In this document: piece by piece, positions 39,790 through 53,756 of the stretch
Layout: the number at the start of each line of letters is the position of its first letter
How positions within the stretch are numbered: the first letter of the stretch is position 1
Assembly: GCF_006345805.1 (NCBI RefSeq)
Contig: NC_043020.1
Location: 21,390,001-21,454,000, forward strand
DNA length: 64,000 bases
Source: Octopus sinensis
Lineage: Eukaryota
Direction of reading: 5' to 3'
Notes under the pieces: generated by a model
What the model was told of the DNA's origin: nothing
Database searches by the model: none
What the model saw: the letters and a program-made list of their open reading frames with translations, nothing else
Program-made: the position numbers and the translations under genes

Positions 39790-41420
39790 GTAATAGGGAA
39801 GGTCCCACAACTCTACGGCCTTGCATGGCAGGCTTATGGGGACCCCTCCTACCTTTCTTTCACTGACCAAATCATCACTTCCGCCTTAGGAGAGGAACTG
39901 GGCGACCCACTCAGTCCCACTCTTTTTGCACTGGGCATTGATGACAGCAGTAAGATGGGTGTCAATCTAGACCTCAATGTCTGGTATCTCGATGATGCTT
40001 TTCGCGGGGGACCTCCAAACAGGGTTCTCACCATTGCAAACATGATGGTTGTGGATCTGGCCAGGGTCTGCAAGTAAACAGCTCCGAATGTGCACTCTGG
40101 ATCCTCAACCACCTGGCTTCTCAACATCAACCAACTATTGCCTTCTATTGCAGTCCCTCCCCCATCAGCTTGGTGCTCTCTAGGAGCCCCTATCACTGAC
40201 TTTGCCTTTGAGTCCATCTTCCTGTTGAAGGTGGCTGCCATTGAGCGATTGCTGAAAAATATTGAAGCTATCGAACCCCATCTACATTTTTTGATACTTA
40301 GGAATTACCTCTCGATCTCTAAGCTTCTATATTTACTCAGAGTCAGCTCATCTTATCGATTCCCATCATGCCTCCAACACCTCAGGCTTCTTTGCCCAAG
40401 TGATTTGGAGGTCTTGGTCTTTGTAATTGTTCGCCCCTCTCTCTCCCCTGCTTCCTTTCCTCCACGCATGCCTGCTGACTCTGGTGAGTAACATCCTCTC
40501 CTCTCCAACGTGGATCAGCTCCAACTGGGAGTTGGATGAAGCTCTCTGACATTGGAGGGAATTGGGCTTGTCTGCTCCTGAGAAGGTGAAGGGCTGTGGA
40601 AGTCAGAGAGCTTGAAACATAATTTGAATCCCTCTTCATCCAGTCAAACCAGATTTCAAGGTGCCACTTACTGTCTGCTAGTGTCAAATACTCTGGGGAC
40701 TGGAATGATGCCATCCCTGTGGCTAATGTTCGTGGCCTACTCAGCTTGGACGAACTTCGTACCTCCATTGCCCTCAGAGTGGGAGCTGACGTATGCATGG
40801 GTTTGATCTGTCATTGTTGAACCTGATACTCAAGAGGAGTTGAACCTGATACTCAAGAGGAGCTTGGTCCAGGCAAACATCCCCTCCATCTTGGAACCAT
40901 CTGGATTGTCCCGATGTGATAGGAAGAGACCTGATGGCCTCACCCTCTGCCCCTGCTCACAAGGCCAATGCCTTGTCTGGGATGTCACAGTTAGCGACTC
41001 CTTTGCTTCTTCTCACATCCTGGATGCTGCGGTCAGGGCGAACAGAACAAAATCCTAAAATACCGCGATCTGTCAGCCAACTACATTTTCCATCCTTTGG
41101 CAGGGGTCAGATCACTAACTGCAAGATTCCTGTCTTCACTGGCAACACGTCTTGCAGAGGTAACTGGTAAGGTTGGTGAGGGCGCTTGACTGTTTCAGTG
41201 TATCAGCCTTGCCATCACCCACGGTAACGCTGCTGGCATGCCTCAATAGCCACTAGAGAAGTTTCCCAGCATCCCCAACTTTTCAACCCAAAGTGGTGAA
41301 TTGTTTTGGTTTTTTCTTTTCTCTCTTTTTTTTTTAAATTTTTATAATTGTGTTCTCTGTTTCGTCTAGTTTTTTAATTCACTTTTGTAAAACGGTAAAC
41401 ACCGCGAAGGCAATAAAATT
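39790..41420 (+). mobile_element. CRE-like non-LTR retrotransposon (RT plus restriction-like endonuclease), 5'-truncated and decayed
   Basis: GDPLSPTLFAL...NVWYLDD (RT) and LEPSGLSRCDRKRPDGLTL...CLVWDVTV (REL PD..D motif). AATAAA near 41412. Adjacent to (TG)n(TA)n. Confidence 0.8.
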
Positions 41421-43944
41421 CTCAAATATGTAATATGTCTACAAAAAAAAAGTATCAATACATATGCTGTAAGAATAAGAGAAAAGGCGATCTTTACAGA
41501 TGAATTCAAAATTGCATGGCACCAATGAAGATGGAAGACACGATGTTTTTAAATTCGCAAGTAAATATACCTAACACGAACATAAACATCGACGTCCTCT
41601 CGAGAGAAAAAGGAGACCGTTATTCACTAGTTGAAACTGCGGGAAAGAATAGCCAAATCTCTCTATCTTTAAAAAAAAAATGAAGGGCGCATTAGAAGAT
41701 GTAAATCTGATTAGAGTGTAGAAAAAAAAACATAATGGTCAAAACAGGAATATTTTTGACGAGAGTTCTACAAAATCGGAATGGACTTGGAGTTAAATAG
41801 TAACATTCCCGAGTCAAATCCCACAAAATGTTTTTTTAAAAATCTGCCTCTGATAATTTTGGTCTAATTTGATTTTATATGTATAATATTGATGTCAATA
41901 TGCATCAAGAAGTGTATGTGTGTATAATAATTGATCTTTACTCAGCTATTATCAATACACAAACATATATATACTACCTGAACTATATAAATATCTAATA
42001 TGAACGTGTACATACATACATATATATATATATATATACTAATTAATATATATGTATATTCATACAAATTAACACACACACAAACACATAATCTGTAATA
42101 TATACAGACACACATGATCTCATTAAGCCATTTCAACTTGCTGGAAGCCATAAATAAGGTTATCATAAAGCTACAGCAATTAGCTGTGAAGGGGGAGGGT
42201 CCGATCCAGTCGAGGTTTTCGTACGATCACACACACACACAGTCGAGGATCTATCTCGTGTTCTGTAGTAAGTTGACGATTACCAACCCAACTCATGCAC
42301 CGACACCCATCCAACAAACACACATATACATACACCAACACATGCGCGAGCATATCAGTGATACGCAGGATGGCAGCGATAGTTTGATTTTTATCTGCAG
42401 AGATATCAGAAACATTTCAAAAAGTGAGAGTTTGAGGGGAGATGATTTGGGATGTCAGCTCAAAATGTAAAGGATATGAACAGAGAACGCATATAATACA
42501 AATGAGAGAAAGGTTGGCTATATGGACAGAATGTTGTAGCAACCGAAGGATTTTTTTTTTACACAGTAATAACAGGGATTTCTTCGGTAAGAATTTGTCG
42601 TGTTTACCAAACAAATTGCCATCCATGGCAGAATCAATATAAAACACACCATAGATATATGTATGCGTGTGCTTGCACATAATTGATGTAAATAGTACTT
42701 TTGACCAAATTCAATTTCTATTTAAAGCCACTATGTAGGCATATATCGGTGTGTGTGTGTGTGTAATATAGTTATACTTCTTTATTATTAATCTGTGGAC
42801 AAAAAGAATGAAGAGCCATGTCAACAACAACGACAAAAATAGAAAAGAGGAAAAGGTTGGACATATTTTGAAAACATGTATTCACCAGATAGAGAGAAGG
42901 AGTGGCCGAGGTGAAATTGGAACCAGCACCACCTCCCATACGGTGCAAAGTAATTAATACACCCAAAACTACACAAAACTGGTGTAAAGTGGATGGTGTG
43001 GTTACCTTATAGTGTATTATAGTTATTATTTCCGATTCCTTTATAGCGATGCTCTAGCAGATAGTAGCGTCGGGTTGTATAGACTGCTATTTTCAATGGT
43101 AATATCAATGGTAGTGGGCAACAAATGGCTGTCAATAGATTTTCTTCTCCACATTGTCAACACGACCAGGATGCCATGTTAGCTTAACATAAGCAGATCT
43201 ACTGACATCTGGTGGTAGACTAGCAAACATTTTAAATTCAAGGACAGCAACTCTAATTCCTTCGTTTTATAGACGAAGAAAACCTTCCTCCAACCTATGT
43301 AATAGGTTGGGGGAGGGGTGCGTTCAACGTCGGTAATAAAATCTCACGCAAGTTATACCTTACCATTTAAAAAGAAAATGAAAACAAAAAATGGAGGAAT
43401 ATATGGGATTTATGGATAACGTAGTCTTAGATACACTAGGTCTGAAATGAAAGGTAATAATCACAGCTTGGTGCTCTCTCACGCACGCACACTTCTTTTT
43501 TTTATATCACTTATTCTTCTGTGCTAGATTTCTCCTTTGCCATATTTTTTCTTTTTATCTTTCCTATCATTTCACTTTATCTGTATGTATGTCATTCTTT
43601 CCCTCTTTTTGTCTGTCCTTTATCTTACCCTTTTTTTAAAATTTCTTATTCGTTTGTCTATTTTCTAAGCTCATCTTCTATCTATCATTCTGTGTTTTGT
43701 TTTCTTTTTTTCCTTCAGTCATTCAATCGTTTGATTTTCATCATTTTCTTTCTCATTTCCTTTCCACTTTTTCTTTTTCCTTCTGTCTTCAGAATATCTA
43801 ATTTTCTCTGTTTCACACACAGTTATCGATTTTAATATGATTGTCTGAGATGATTCTTTGAACAATTTTTTTTTTTAAGGTATGCACAAATGTGTTGTAT
43901 CAAGAATCAATTTTCTTGATGCTAGTATACAACTAGTTTCCTCA

Positions 43945-44950
43945 ACTATCGAGGACTTTTCGAACAATTCTTGCTGTTCCTTATAGAAGAGATTTCTGAA
44001 AAAATGCAATTCTCATAGTTACTCCAATCTCATTAAGGAAACTACCAAATTTGTTGGTAATAGTAACTCGGGCGTCCATAACCACTTGGATTACTTTTGC
44101 AGAAACCCTCTACAGTTTTCGCATTTCTCTTTCTAAGTCTTTGTATTTTCTCATTTTTTTCCTGTTTTTTAGCCACTACATTCATATCAGTAGACAGTCA
44201 TGTCTATGATGATGCACTTTTTGACACCTTGTCCATGATAATATCTGGTCATCTTGCTTGAGTCTTATGATCATTCTGGGTAGAAAAGTCCTGTAAGACC
44301 TTAAACACACTCCAACTGATGTTGGTACCATTTTCCGCTTGCTTCAAAACCGCCTTTGACGTAATATATCACAGTCTAATACTTTAGCAAACAATCGTAT
44401 CTGTGTTTATATTCTTTGTGTGCCAAAGAACTACAAGTACTTATAATCACAACAGGCTCGTTCTTGTTACTCATTTTGCTCTTAGAACTTAATAACATTC
44501 ATTCATAACGACTGACTTTGGGCAGACATAATGAGCTCTTTTGTTTCTTTCTCCTCTTAGCAGCTGTATTCAGTTTTTCAGTGTTATTTCTCACATACTC
44601 CTGTATATCATATTCTGCCATCTCCATGCTGTCCTCTACCAATATCAGTCCTCTTCCTCCTTCCTTTCATGGTAGGTACAACTTGTTAACAGTTTCGGTG
44701 ATGTAATGCCCTGTACATGTTTGATGTCCATTTTGTTTTACAGTCTATTCCTCTTAGTACTTCAGGAAAACAGCATAATATTGTTGTAGAGACATCACCC
44801 TTGTGTTTACTGCAGAGATGGCTTTCCTTCCTTTCAGTTTTGAGCTAAGGACCTTCTTCATTTCCTAACTGAGAATTTTGTCTACTTCCAGCATAAGAAC
44901 ATACTTGAACTGACACCTTCATTCATTGCTTTGAATGTCTAGGAGTTTGA
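43945..44950 (-). mobile_element. R4/Dong-like LINE 3' part with REL endonuclease
   Basis: Minus-strand fragments LYLP*KEGGRGL, CSSLAHKEYKHR, RPDII...KKCIIID, KYKDLEREM and GTARIVRKVL. Confidence 0.75.
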
Positions 44951-45024
44951 ACACCTGGGTCAATGCAAATGACTAGCCTCTTTCCCCTAAAATTTCTGGC
45001 TTCGTGCCTATAGAAGAAATTATT

Positions 45025-46357
45025 ATCATCATCTTCATTTAACATCCATTGTCCATGCTGGCATGGGTTGGATGGTTTGATTAGGTTGGAAGGCTATACC
45101 AGACACCAGTCTGATTTGGCATGATTTTCTATGGTTGGATGTCCTTCCTAATGCCAACCACTCCAAGAGTGTAATAGGCAGTTTTACGTGCCACCAGCAT
45201 GGGTGCCAATTGCATGACACCAGTATCTGCCATGACTGCAATTTTGCTTGGCTTGATGGGTCTTCTCATGCATGACATAATTCCAAAGGTCTTGGTCATT
45301 GCCTCCATGAGGCCCAACACTCAAAAGGAACTCAGCTACTTTGCCTCCATGAGGCCCAATGCTCAAAGGGGAGTCAGCCACTTTGCCTCTGTGAGGCCCA
45401 GTGCACTTGGCTTGACCGGTTCTCTCAAGCATAGCACATTGCCAAAGGTTTCGGTCATTAGTCATTGCCTCTGTGTGACTCAAAGTTTGAAGATCATGCT
45501 TCACCACCTCGTTCCATATCTTCCTTGATCTACCTCTACAACAGGTTCCCTCCACAGTTAGAGATCGGCACTTCTTTACACAGCTGTCCTTGTCCATACA
45601 CATCACGTGACCATTCCAGCACACCACATCTGATGCCTCTTATGCCTAACTTTTCTCTCAAGATGCTTACACTCTGTTGAATATGCACACTGACATTGCA
45701 CATCCAGCAAAGCATACTGGCTTCATTTCTTTCTGTCACAGCCCATATTTCACTGCTATGCAGCATAGCTGTTCACACACAGGCATCAAACAATCTGCCT
45801 TTCACTCTAAGAGAGAGGTCCTTTGTTGCCAGCAGGGGTAAGAACTCTCTGAAATTTGCCCGTTCTAATTTTATTCTCACAGCTACGCTCTTGGAGCATC
45901 CACCTCCAGTACTAACTTGGTCATTTTCAGCGTTTATTGTACCTGTGCATCTTCCGTATACAAAAGCTAGTTTCTCGGTTTACCTTCCTCTGATATTGCT
46001 GCACCATTTATGTGTCCAAAATTTACACTGGGTGCATCTTATGGAGTTTCTACCTATACCTATTCTTTAGTTCAGGTAGTGATTCAGCTATAAGAGCAAG
46101 GTCATCAGCATAGAGGAGCTCCCAGGAGAAGCCTGTCTTGAATTCCTCTGTTATTGCCTGGAGGACTATGATGAACAAGAGGGTGTTGAGCACCAATCCT
46201 TGGTGAACACCTACTTGTACCCTGAATTCTTCGCTGTACTCATTGCTCACCCTCACCTTACTGGTAGCATCCCTGTCATAGCTTGTACAGCTTTCGCCAA
46301 CCACTCATCTCCCTAGTTTCCACATTGACCACCAGATAAGGGATCGGGGAACCCTCC
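45025..46357 (-). mobile_element. RTE LINE 3' half
   Basis: VQVGVHQG...LLFIIVLQAITEEFKTG...LLYADDLAL and MLHSSEIW. Same family as 12173-15303. Confidence 0.9.
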
Positions 46358-46689
46358 ACTGAGATTGACTTTGTCTTTCATCCTTTTGAAGTCGATAAAA
46401 TAAGTATCAGTCAAGTGCTGGGATTGATGTAATTGACTTCCCCCCTCTCCCAAAATTTGAGGCCTTGTGACTATAGCAAAAAAGATTATTATTATTGTTG
46501 TTGTTTACTGCCAAAACTAGATGTGTTTCGGAAGCTTTGTTTGTACCTTGTTTTCTTTATTTAAAGTCTGTTTTTGTTAATTTAATTGTACTAGCTTGTT
46601 TCTTATTTGACCAGAACCATAAGGAGCTAATCAACTGGGTTTTTTTAGTTGCTCTATGGGGTGAAATTTTTAAAGAAAAGTTTTTCGAG

Positions 46690-49600
46690 ACAAAAATGTA
46701 ATTTCAAAATGACATCGTTGCCAAGCCAAAAAGAGAGGAAGGTGGGAGGAGGTTTCTCAGTCAGCTTCTCCCAGACAATTTTTCAGATGTAATTAAAAAT
46801 AGTACCAGTAGTATGAAGAGCAACAACAATATCAACAGCAGCAAAAACAACAACAGTAGTAACAGCAAGAATAATGACATGTCAAGCAAAGAAGTTTGAA
46901 AAATAACCAGCAGCAAATTATGCATTGCCAACTGCCACCTCCACCACCCAAATAAAACATAATAATGGCAATGACAATATTTCTAACTGTATTAAAAATT
47001 CATCCAAAAATATTTTGTCAAAATAACAAATGTCTTTGATGTCATCCCATTAGAGAACAAGCATGAACATTTAAAAGAGGTAGAGAAACATATAAACCCA
47101 CTGGAACAGGGACAAGTTACACTTAATATACCACAACACCTCTTGGGCCAAACAGAAAAGAAAGCAATTATGTATAGATGCTTGTTGACGAAAAGACGCA
47201 AGATTAAGCACATACCTTCAAACCAAGCTTGAAAGAATATCTGGCCTGACATCAGTTTTGTGAGCCATGCTCACAAATTTAGATATATTAGAGTAATTTT
47301 CCACTTTGAAATTTTAACACAGATGCACTCCACTATCGCACAAAAAAAAAAGAAAAAAGGAAGAAACCAGAAATTTTCACATTTTTACCAATGTACTCAG
47401 GACAGATAGTGATCCAAGTAACATCATACACATACTACAAGAACTAGATTTCCAGTGAGTGGTTTTAGATGATCCTAGAGCACTTCTAGGAATAAAGAGA
47501 TTTCAAAAAGAAAATTGTATTCAAGTGGGGTTAGAAATTTTGATTCATGTCAAACCTGAGACACTCAACAAAATCCAACCAAATAAGGCTTTCAGGAAGG
47601 TTGCAACTACAGGTAGTTGTGGAAGGCTGAAGATCACAATACTGCAACTTAAGAAATACAAACCAGCTCAAGGCTGCCTGTCCAAGCAACAAAGACTGAT
47701 AACTGATAGGAAACCTCCACTGTTGCCAACACTACAACTGCAACAACAGCAACCAGAAACAACAGTGACAAAAAAGAACAAAACAAACACCATCAACATG
47801 AAACATCATGCCACCAACAGAAAGGCCCCCAAACATCAAAACAAAAGATAATTACCCCTAAGACAAGATCCTTCCTGCTCAGACATGTTATGTGGCAAAG
47901 TGGATGGTGAGGAGCCTAAATGGCCAGAAGTTACCAATGTAAATAAAAGAAAAAAAAACACACCAACACAAAACCTAGCATAGGGGTAGATGCCTTTGAG
48001 CATCTATGCGACCACAATCACCATCACTATCACAGACACCACCATTACAAACACAACCTAATTCATATACAGTAACTGGCAGATAACACACCCCAATGCA
48101 AACAAAAGAAAACATTAAAGTCATAAACACAAATAATAAAGAATAAATGGACTACATACATTAAGATACACTAACTACATCACATTAACTAACAGCATTC
48201 CATTACACGTGAAAATCATCTAGATATCAAATACATACAACAGTACTCAAGAAGAGTAGGAAACTTCCGAGAGAATGTGGAGGGACAAAACAAACTGTTC
48301 CTTCACAGGAATAAGGTAAGAGAGCCTTTCTCACCCATTTCTTCCTTGTCAGTCATATCTGTCCTCAGAATAGGCAGTGTAAATGCACATGACATGGAAT
48401 CAGCTTGTAAGCAAGGCCACCTGCTCAATGACCTCAGGTTACTAGATATAGATGTGTGGCCAACAACAAAACCTGAGTTTCCAATCCACTAGTCTCAATC
48501 TATAAGCCACAATCCCCATTTTTGGTCGTTACAAGATTTACTTATCTCCAAATAGGCTAGGACTGGGAGGTTCAACTGTTGTGTTGTTCTGGAAGGGTCT
48601 GGATCTCACAATACAGACCATCTTTTTGGACCTAGATGGTAAGATGGTGATCCTGAACAGTAGTGAAGTGAGTGCTTTAAGGGTTGTAGCTGTTTAAACT
48701 GTGACAGAGGTGAGACAGCTGGATTTCTTCAGGAGTCTGGAGCTTTCCCTGGAAACATCTACCCTCTTGTGCTAATGGGCAACTAGAATACTATCTTAGA
48801 TGCACATTTAGATTATGTGGAGATAAGTGATAGGAAATGGGGGTTAAGAACCTCACAAACATACACAGATGTTCCAACTGTTTGACAGGTACTGATTGGA
48901 TTTCTCAAAGGTGGCAATGTGTACATGGGAAAACTGCTGAGTCATCCAGATCCTATCTGGATAGAATATTCAGTCGGCCAGTAAAAAAGGATAGCATAGG
49001 TTGTCCACTTTTTGAAATTGTCAGCTACATAGTCTATGAATTTGTGATTTGCATGGTTGAAGTAGAAAGGCTAAATAGGCAGTGACTAGAAGTTGAAGAC
49101 ATCGCTCCTGTTATGTCACATTTACAGAGACAGGATTAGCAGGTGTTGATGGACAGTTGTCAACAGCAAATGGTGCTTTGGTCTGAAAAGGCTAATTAGA
49201 GTAGAGTCAGTTTGGTTTAGCTAGGCTGTAGTGACAGAAAAATGGAATAGAAGGTGGCCCAATTAGAAACAGAAGAAGCACTTAGGGCATCAGAACTGAA
49301 GTGTTTGTGGCATGATTGACCCTCAACCAATTCTTCAATGCAAAGCATGAGGGATGCATTGTCAAAGCTAGGGTGTATGCTCTATGACTTAAGAGGATGA
49401 AAGCCATTTATTGGGTCCTAGTGGAAGAAGCACAATGTAGCAACAAAGGTACGATTCAGTCTTTGGCTGACTATAATGGATGCATGTTTCTCAACCCCAA
49501 GCAGGTCTCTAAGGCTATTCAGCAGCATTTCACTCAACTGTTTTGCAGAGTGTTACAAAAGCCAATAACAGCCATAAAGTGGTGGTTGGCTGCAAGAGGG

Positions 49601-50040
49601 TCAAATTACCTGGTTTGAATGATCTGCTGTACAAGCTCCACTTTTATATTTCACACTTGTTTGAAAATTTGGCATATATCAACTACAACTGGCAGCAAAA
49701 CAAGAGAGCCCCCAATTCTGTGAGTTGAGTGATGGCACTGCTAAGAAAGGATCCTAACAAAGGAAATCATTTTTAGCCTATAACTGTTAAATGCAGATTC
49801 AAAATATAAGCTAAGGAGTTAGCAAATTGATTGGTACTTGTTTCCAATGGTTAGACTGGTTATGTGTAAATATGCACCATCACAAGAAACCTTTCATTGA
49901 CAATCACCACCTCGTACAATACACCATAGAGAGAGTGGTTAAAGAACCTTACATAGATGACATGACACCCTGATCAATTTAGATCAACCAGAATCTTTCG
50001 ATTGGGTACCCACCAATACTTGGCAGCTGTTCTCAAAGAA
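46690..50040 (+). mobile_element. L1/Tx1-like LINE (ORF1, AP endonuclease and RT start), decayed
   Basis: LRIGSVNA...QGHLLNDL (APE N-terminus), SRSYLDRIF, KLPGLNDL and LRKDPNKG...LLNAD. A low-complexity ORF1-like region lies upstream. Confidence 0.7.
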
Positions 50041-50296
50041 TTTCTGTAGAAATGATAGCCAATACTGATTTTGTTAACACCATAGTACACAGTATTGACT
50101 TATAAAAATATTTAATATACTTTGTAGCATATCGTGGTTGCATAACGAAATACTGTGTGCCTACAAGTCATGAATATTCATGTACCAGCTTCCAGAAATG
50201 TGTTTAATATGTAAATTAGTATATCCAAATAACATTGCACTGTTATATGTAGTGGTTATTTAAACAATGAGTTTGTGGATGATCAATATGTTAGAT

Positions 50297-50342
50297 GAGT
50301 GCTGATGAAGGGGTAAAAACCCTTGAAATACGGTATATATTC
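50297..50342 (+). ncRNA. Minimal type I hammerhead ribozyme motif
   Basis: GAGTG-CTGATGA-AGGGGT(AAAA)ACCCTT-GAAA-TACGGTA-TA-TATTC. The core is intact, stem II has 6 bp, stem III is palindromic, and stem I has 5 bp with two G.U pairs. Confidence 0.7.
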
Positions 50343-51418
50343 CCTTTACCTGTTTTTCATCTTCGATCTCATTGTTTATACCTGATGCCTCGGACACGAA
50401 ATGTCATAAAATCAGTGCTGGCTATAATTTCTATAGAAAATCTGTAGAGATGACCTTAACACATGATTTAAGTGCACTGTTAACACAGTAGTACATGGTA
50501 TTGACGTATGAAAATGTTTAATATACTTTGTAATATATTATGATTGCATAATGAAATACTGTGTGCCTACAAGTCATTAATATTTATTTTATTGGTGCCA
50601 AAAGAATGAAATGAAAAATTGACCTTGGTGGGAATTGAACTCAGGATGTAAAAATTTGGAACAAATACCACAGATTTTGTTAGTTCACCACGTTGATTGA
50701 TTCTAAATTGGATACAAAGCCTTTGTAGGGAAGGTTAGTCAGTACTTGATAGGTACTTTATTTTATTGACCCAGCGGGGATAAAAAGTAAAATCTACTTT
50801 GGCAGGATTTGAACTTAGAACATAAAGAGTCAAAAGAAATACTGCAAGACACTATTGTACACTATGCTGAATGCAGACAGGATGATTATGATGTAGATCT
50901 ACTCAACCAGGTGTGACCTGGAGTCAAAAATAAAGAAGAACACATTAGATAATGTAGTCCTAAATACACTATGTCTGAATAAAATATGGGGTAGTCATGG
51001 CTGGAACATCTTTGATCATGGGTTTGCTTGATCAGGACTGACCCTGGGTTAAACAACAATAATTAAGAAGGACACAATAGATAATGTAGTTCTAGGTACT
51101 TTGAATGAGAAAAAGAGACAGGATGGTCATAGCTGGAACATCTTTGATGACGACTGGCCTGGGGCTAAACTACAACACTATAGAGACACAAGCACTAATG
51201 AGATCAGTTCATTTACTGCTAATGAGAGAGAGTCTCTATGGGATCAGTTCATTTACTGCTAAATGTTCTTCAACTCACAACATAACTTAAAAAAAAGAAA
51301 ATGACACATCTGTAGTCCTTGATATTAATGAAAAGACAGGATGGTCATGGCTGGAACATGTGTACACCTTGAAGAGTGAGCTGGAGCTAAACAACAACAA
51401 TGATAACAAAGTACACAC

Positions 51419-51492
51419 CTGAAAGTTGATGCTGGTCTCATCAAGCAGATGTTCAGAGAGCATGGCGACATAGGTGCTATTATAGCTTTCAC
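51419..51492 (-). pseudogene. CTSA: Cathepsin A-like (S10 serine carboxypeptidase) exon with the catalytic-Ser motif; gene or pseudogene
   Basis: Acceptor TTTTTTGTTACAG and donor CAG|GTGTGT. The 74-nt exon translates (G)ESYNSTYVAMLSEHLLDETSINFQ, versus human CTSA [25 protein letters not shown]. Confidence 0.7.
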
Positions 51493-52487
51493 CTGTAACA
51501 AAAAATTCCTGACAGACAATTCTAGTAATAACAGAGATAAGAGTCAGGAATTATTTAGGATGAATTTTAAAACTACTCAGTAATAAGTATAGCAAGTTGG
51601 TTTTGTTTGAGACATAAATTTTGTTCACCTAAAGCTTAATATATACACACATACAGACACATGTACACTTACACATATAAATATGTTCATATTTGTATGT
51701 ATGTTTATAACATGAACACTGAAAAAGAGACTTGTAAAGAAGCTTGTCAGTACATAAATAAGAATGCTTCATGCAGTTCTCAATTGTTCTTAACAGCAAT
51801 ACCCTACAAAGCAGCAAGTATATGGGAATTTTCCTACCACCACCTCAGTAATCAGGGAAAGAACTCATTATTCAGGTAGTACTGGAGGAGCAATGATGAA
51901 ATATCCAGCAATTTCCTGGATATAGTCCTAGTACAACTTGTGAATTAATTTGGAAGATGAAAACTGTGTGGGAGCTTGTTGTATGTTTGTATATATAGCC
52001 AACACTGTTTTCATCTTCCAAATATACTCACAAGGCATCAATCATCTTGGGGTTGTAGTACAAGACACTTGCCTAAGGTGTTGTGTGCTGTGAGAATGAA
52101 ACTGAAACCACATCATTGCAAAGCGAACATCTTAACCATATGAGTAAACTAGCTCTTTAACTAAAGGAATAACACATCACATTAACATGTAAGTGGCTGT
52201 GTATTCCTTAGATGCATGCACTCTTAATGTAATCAAGTAATATAAGCCTGTCACAGTGGGTAACAAGGTTAGCTTGTTGAATTACAGGCACAATTCATCT
52301 AATAGGCTTTTAGCACAGATGTCGTCTTACCAATTCCACTCACAAGGCTTGAGTCAACCCTAAACCCTCCCACCTCAGGCCATATCAAAAGATATTCGTG
52401 ATGCCATACAGTTGGATTAGATCCAGTATCTTGTGACTGTCAAGCAAACTCTTTAATCACTTGATTATGTTGCGTCCATGATACCTA

Positions 52488-53756
52488 CGAGGGGCGTTCA
52501 ATAAGTAATGCCCCTGACCCACTTTCCATAGCAGTAGAGCAACGAAACTTGGCACAGTTATTAGTCTTTTTCTACATAGGAACCACCCAGAGTTACGCAT
52601 TTCTCCCATCGTTTGATGCAGCTCTGGAGACCGTTTTTGTAGAAGAACCCAGCTTGGTCCTCCAACCTCAACGTGACTTCAGAAATCAAGGCTGCATCTT
52701 CTGGGAAACGCTTTCCTTTCAAAAACAACTTCATGATTGGGAAGAGGTGAAAATCAGAGGGTGCAAGGTCAGGAAAGTAGGGGGGATAGGGAGGAGTTCA
52801 TAGCCATACGCCTGTGCTTCTGATCTGGCGACAAGCGAGTTGTGGACCGGAGCGTTGTCCTGCAGGAGGAGGATGCCTTTGCTGATCTTGCCCCGCCTCT
52901 TGATTTTGATAACTTCTCTTAATTTCCTCAAAAGTGAAGCATAATAGGCTCCTGCAATTGTGGTACCCTTTGCCAGGAAATCTGTCATCACTACTCCGTC
53001 CTGGTCCCAGAAGACTGTGAGCATGACCTTGCCTTCTTTGGAGGGGGTGAGTCACGGTGCTTCCACTGCATTGACTGGGCTTTGGTCTCTGGATCATCGT
53101 GATGGACCCAGGTTTCATCCTGTGTAATCTGTCTTTTGAAAAATTTTGACTCATCTTCTTGGCACATCTCCAAATTCACCCTTGAGCACTCGACGCGTTC
53201 TTGCTTCTGGAAAGGCGTGAGCAACCTGGGAATCCATCTGGCAGACACCTTTTGCATATGCAAATGGTCATGAATGATAGTTTCCACAGACCCGGTACTA
53301 ATCTTGACCTCATGGGCTATTTGGCGAATAATTATGCGTCAATCTTCCAAAATGGCAGCCTCAACTTGACGGGCAGATGCCTCATCAATGGCAGAAGTGG
53401 GCGACCAGATCTGGGAGTTGTTTCCACAGAGTTCCGACCATGTTTGAATTCTCGATGCCAGCGTTTTACAAGGTCATATGATGGGGCATCATCACCATAA
53501 GTTACTTTCATTTCATCAAAAGTCTCCCGTGGTGTGCGTCCTTTCAAATACAAAAACCGGATCACTGCTCGACACTCAACAGGCTCCATTTCACACTTGA
53601 CTCGGTTCAAACACCTGTAAATCAGAAACCACAATTAATTCAGAGCTGTAATTTGCCCCTTACTCTATAGAAATATAAATGATTGCACATGCAAAATTTC
53701 AGCTAGATCAAACAACTGCAAGTGGGTCAGAGACATTACTTATTGAACATCCCTCG
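52488..53756 (-). mobile_element. Near-full-length mariner transposon with TIRs and TA target duplication
   Basis: TA|CGAGGGGCGTTCAATAAGTAATG ... CATTACTTATTGAACATCCCTCG|TA. The frameshifted transposase includes RAVIRFL, KVSARWIPRLL, ITQDETWVHH and LLQDNAPVH. Confidence 0.95.

Noticed and set aside
42390-42640. Possible plus-strand exon after TTTTATCTGCAG
   Set aside because: It looks more like a very decayed mariner fragment, and no host-protein similarity was recognised.
51740-51805. Minus-strand AG|GIAVKNN resembling the CTSA GLAVGNG exon
   Set aside because: It has an immediate stop and is in the wrong order relative to the GESY exon, so it is probably chance.
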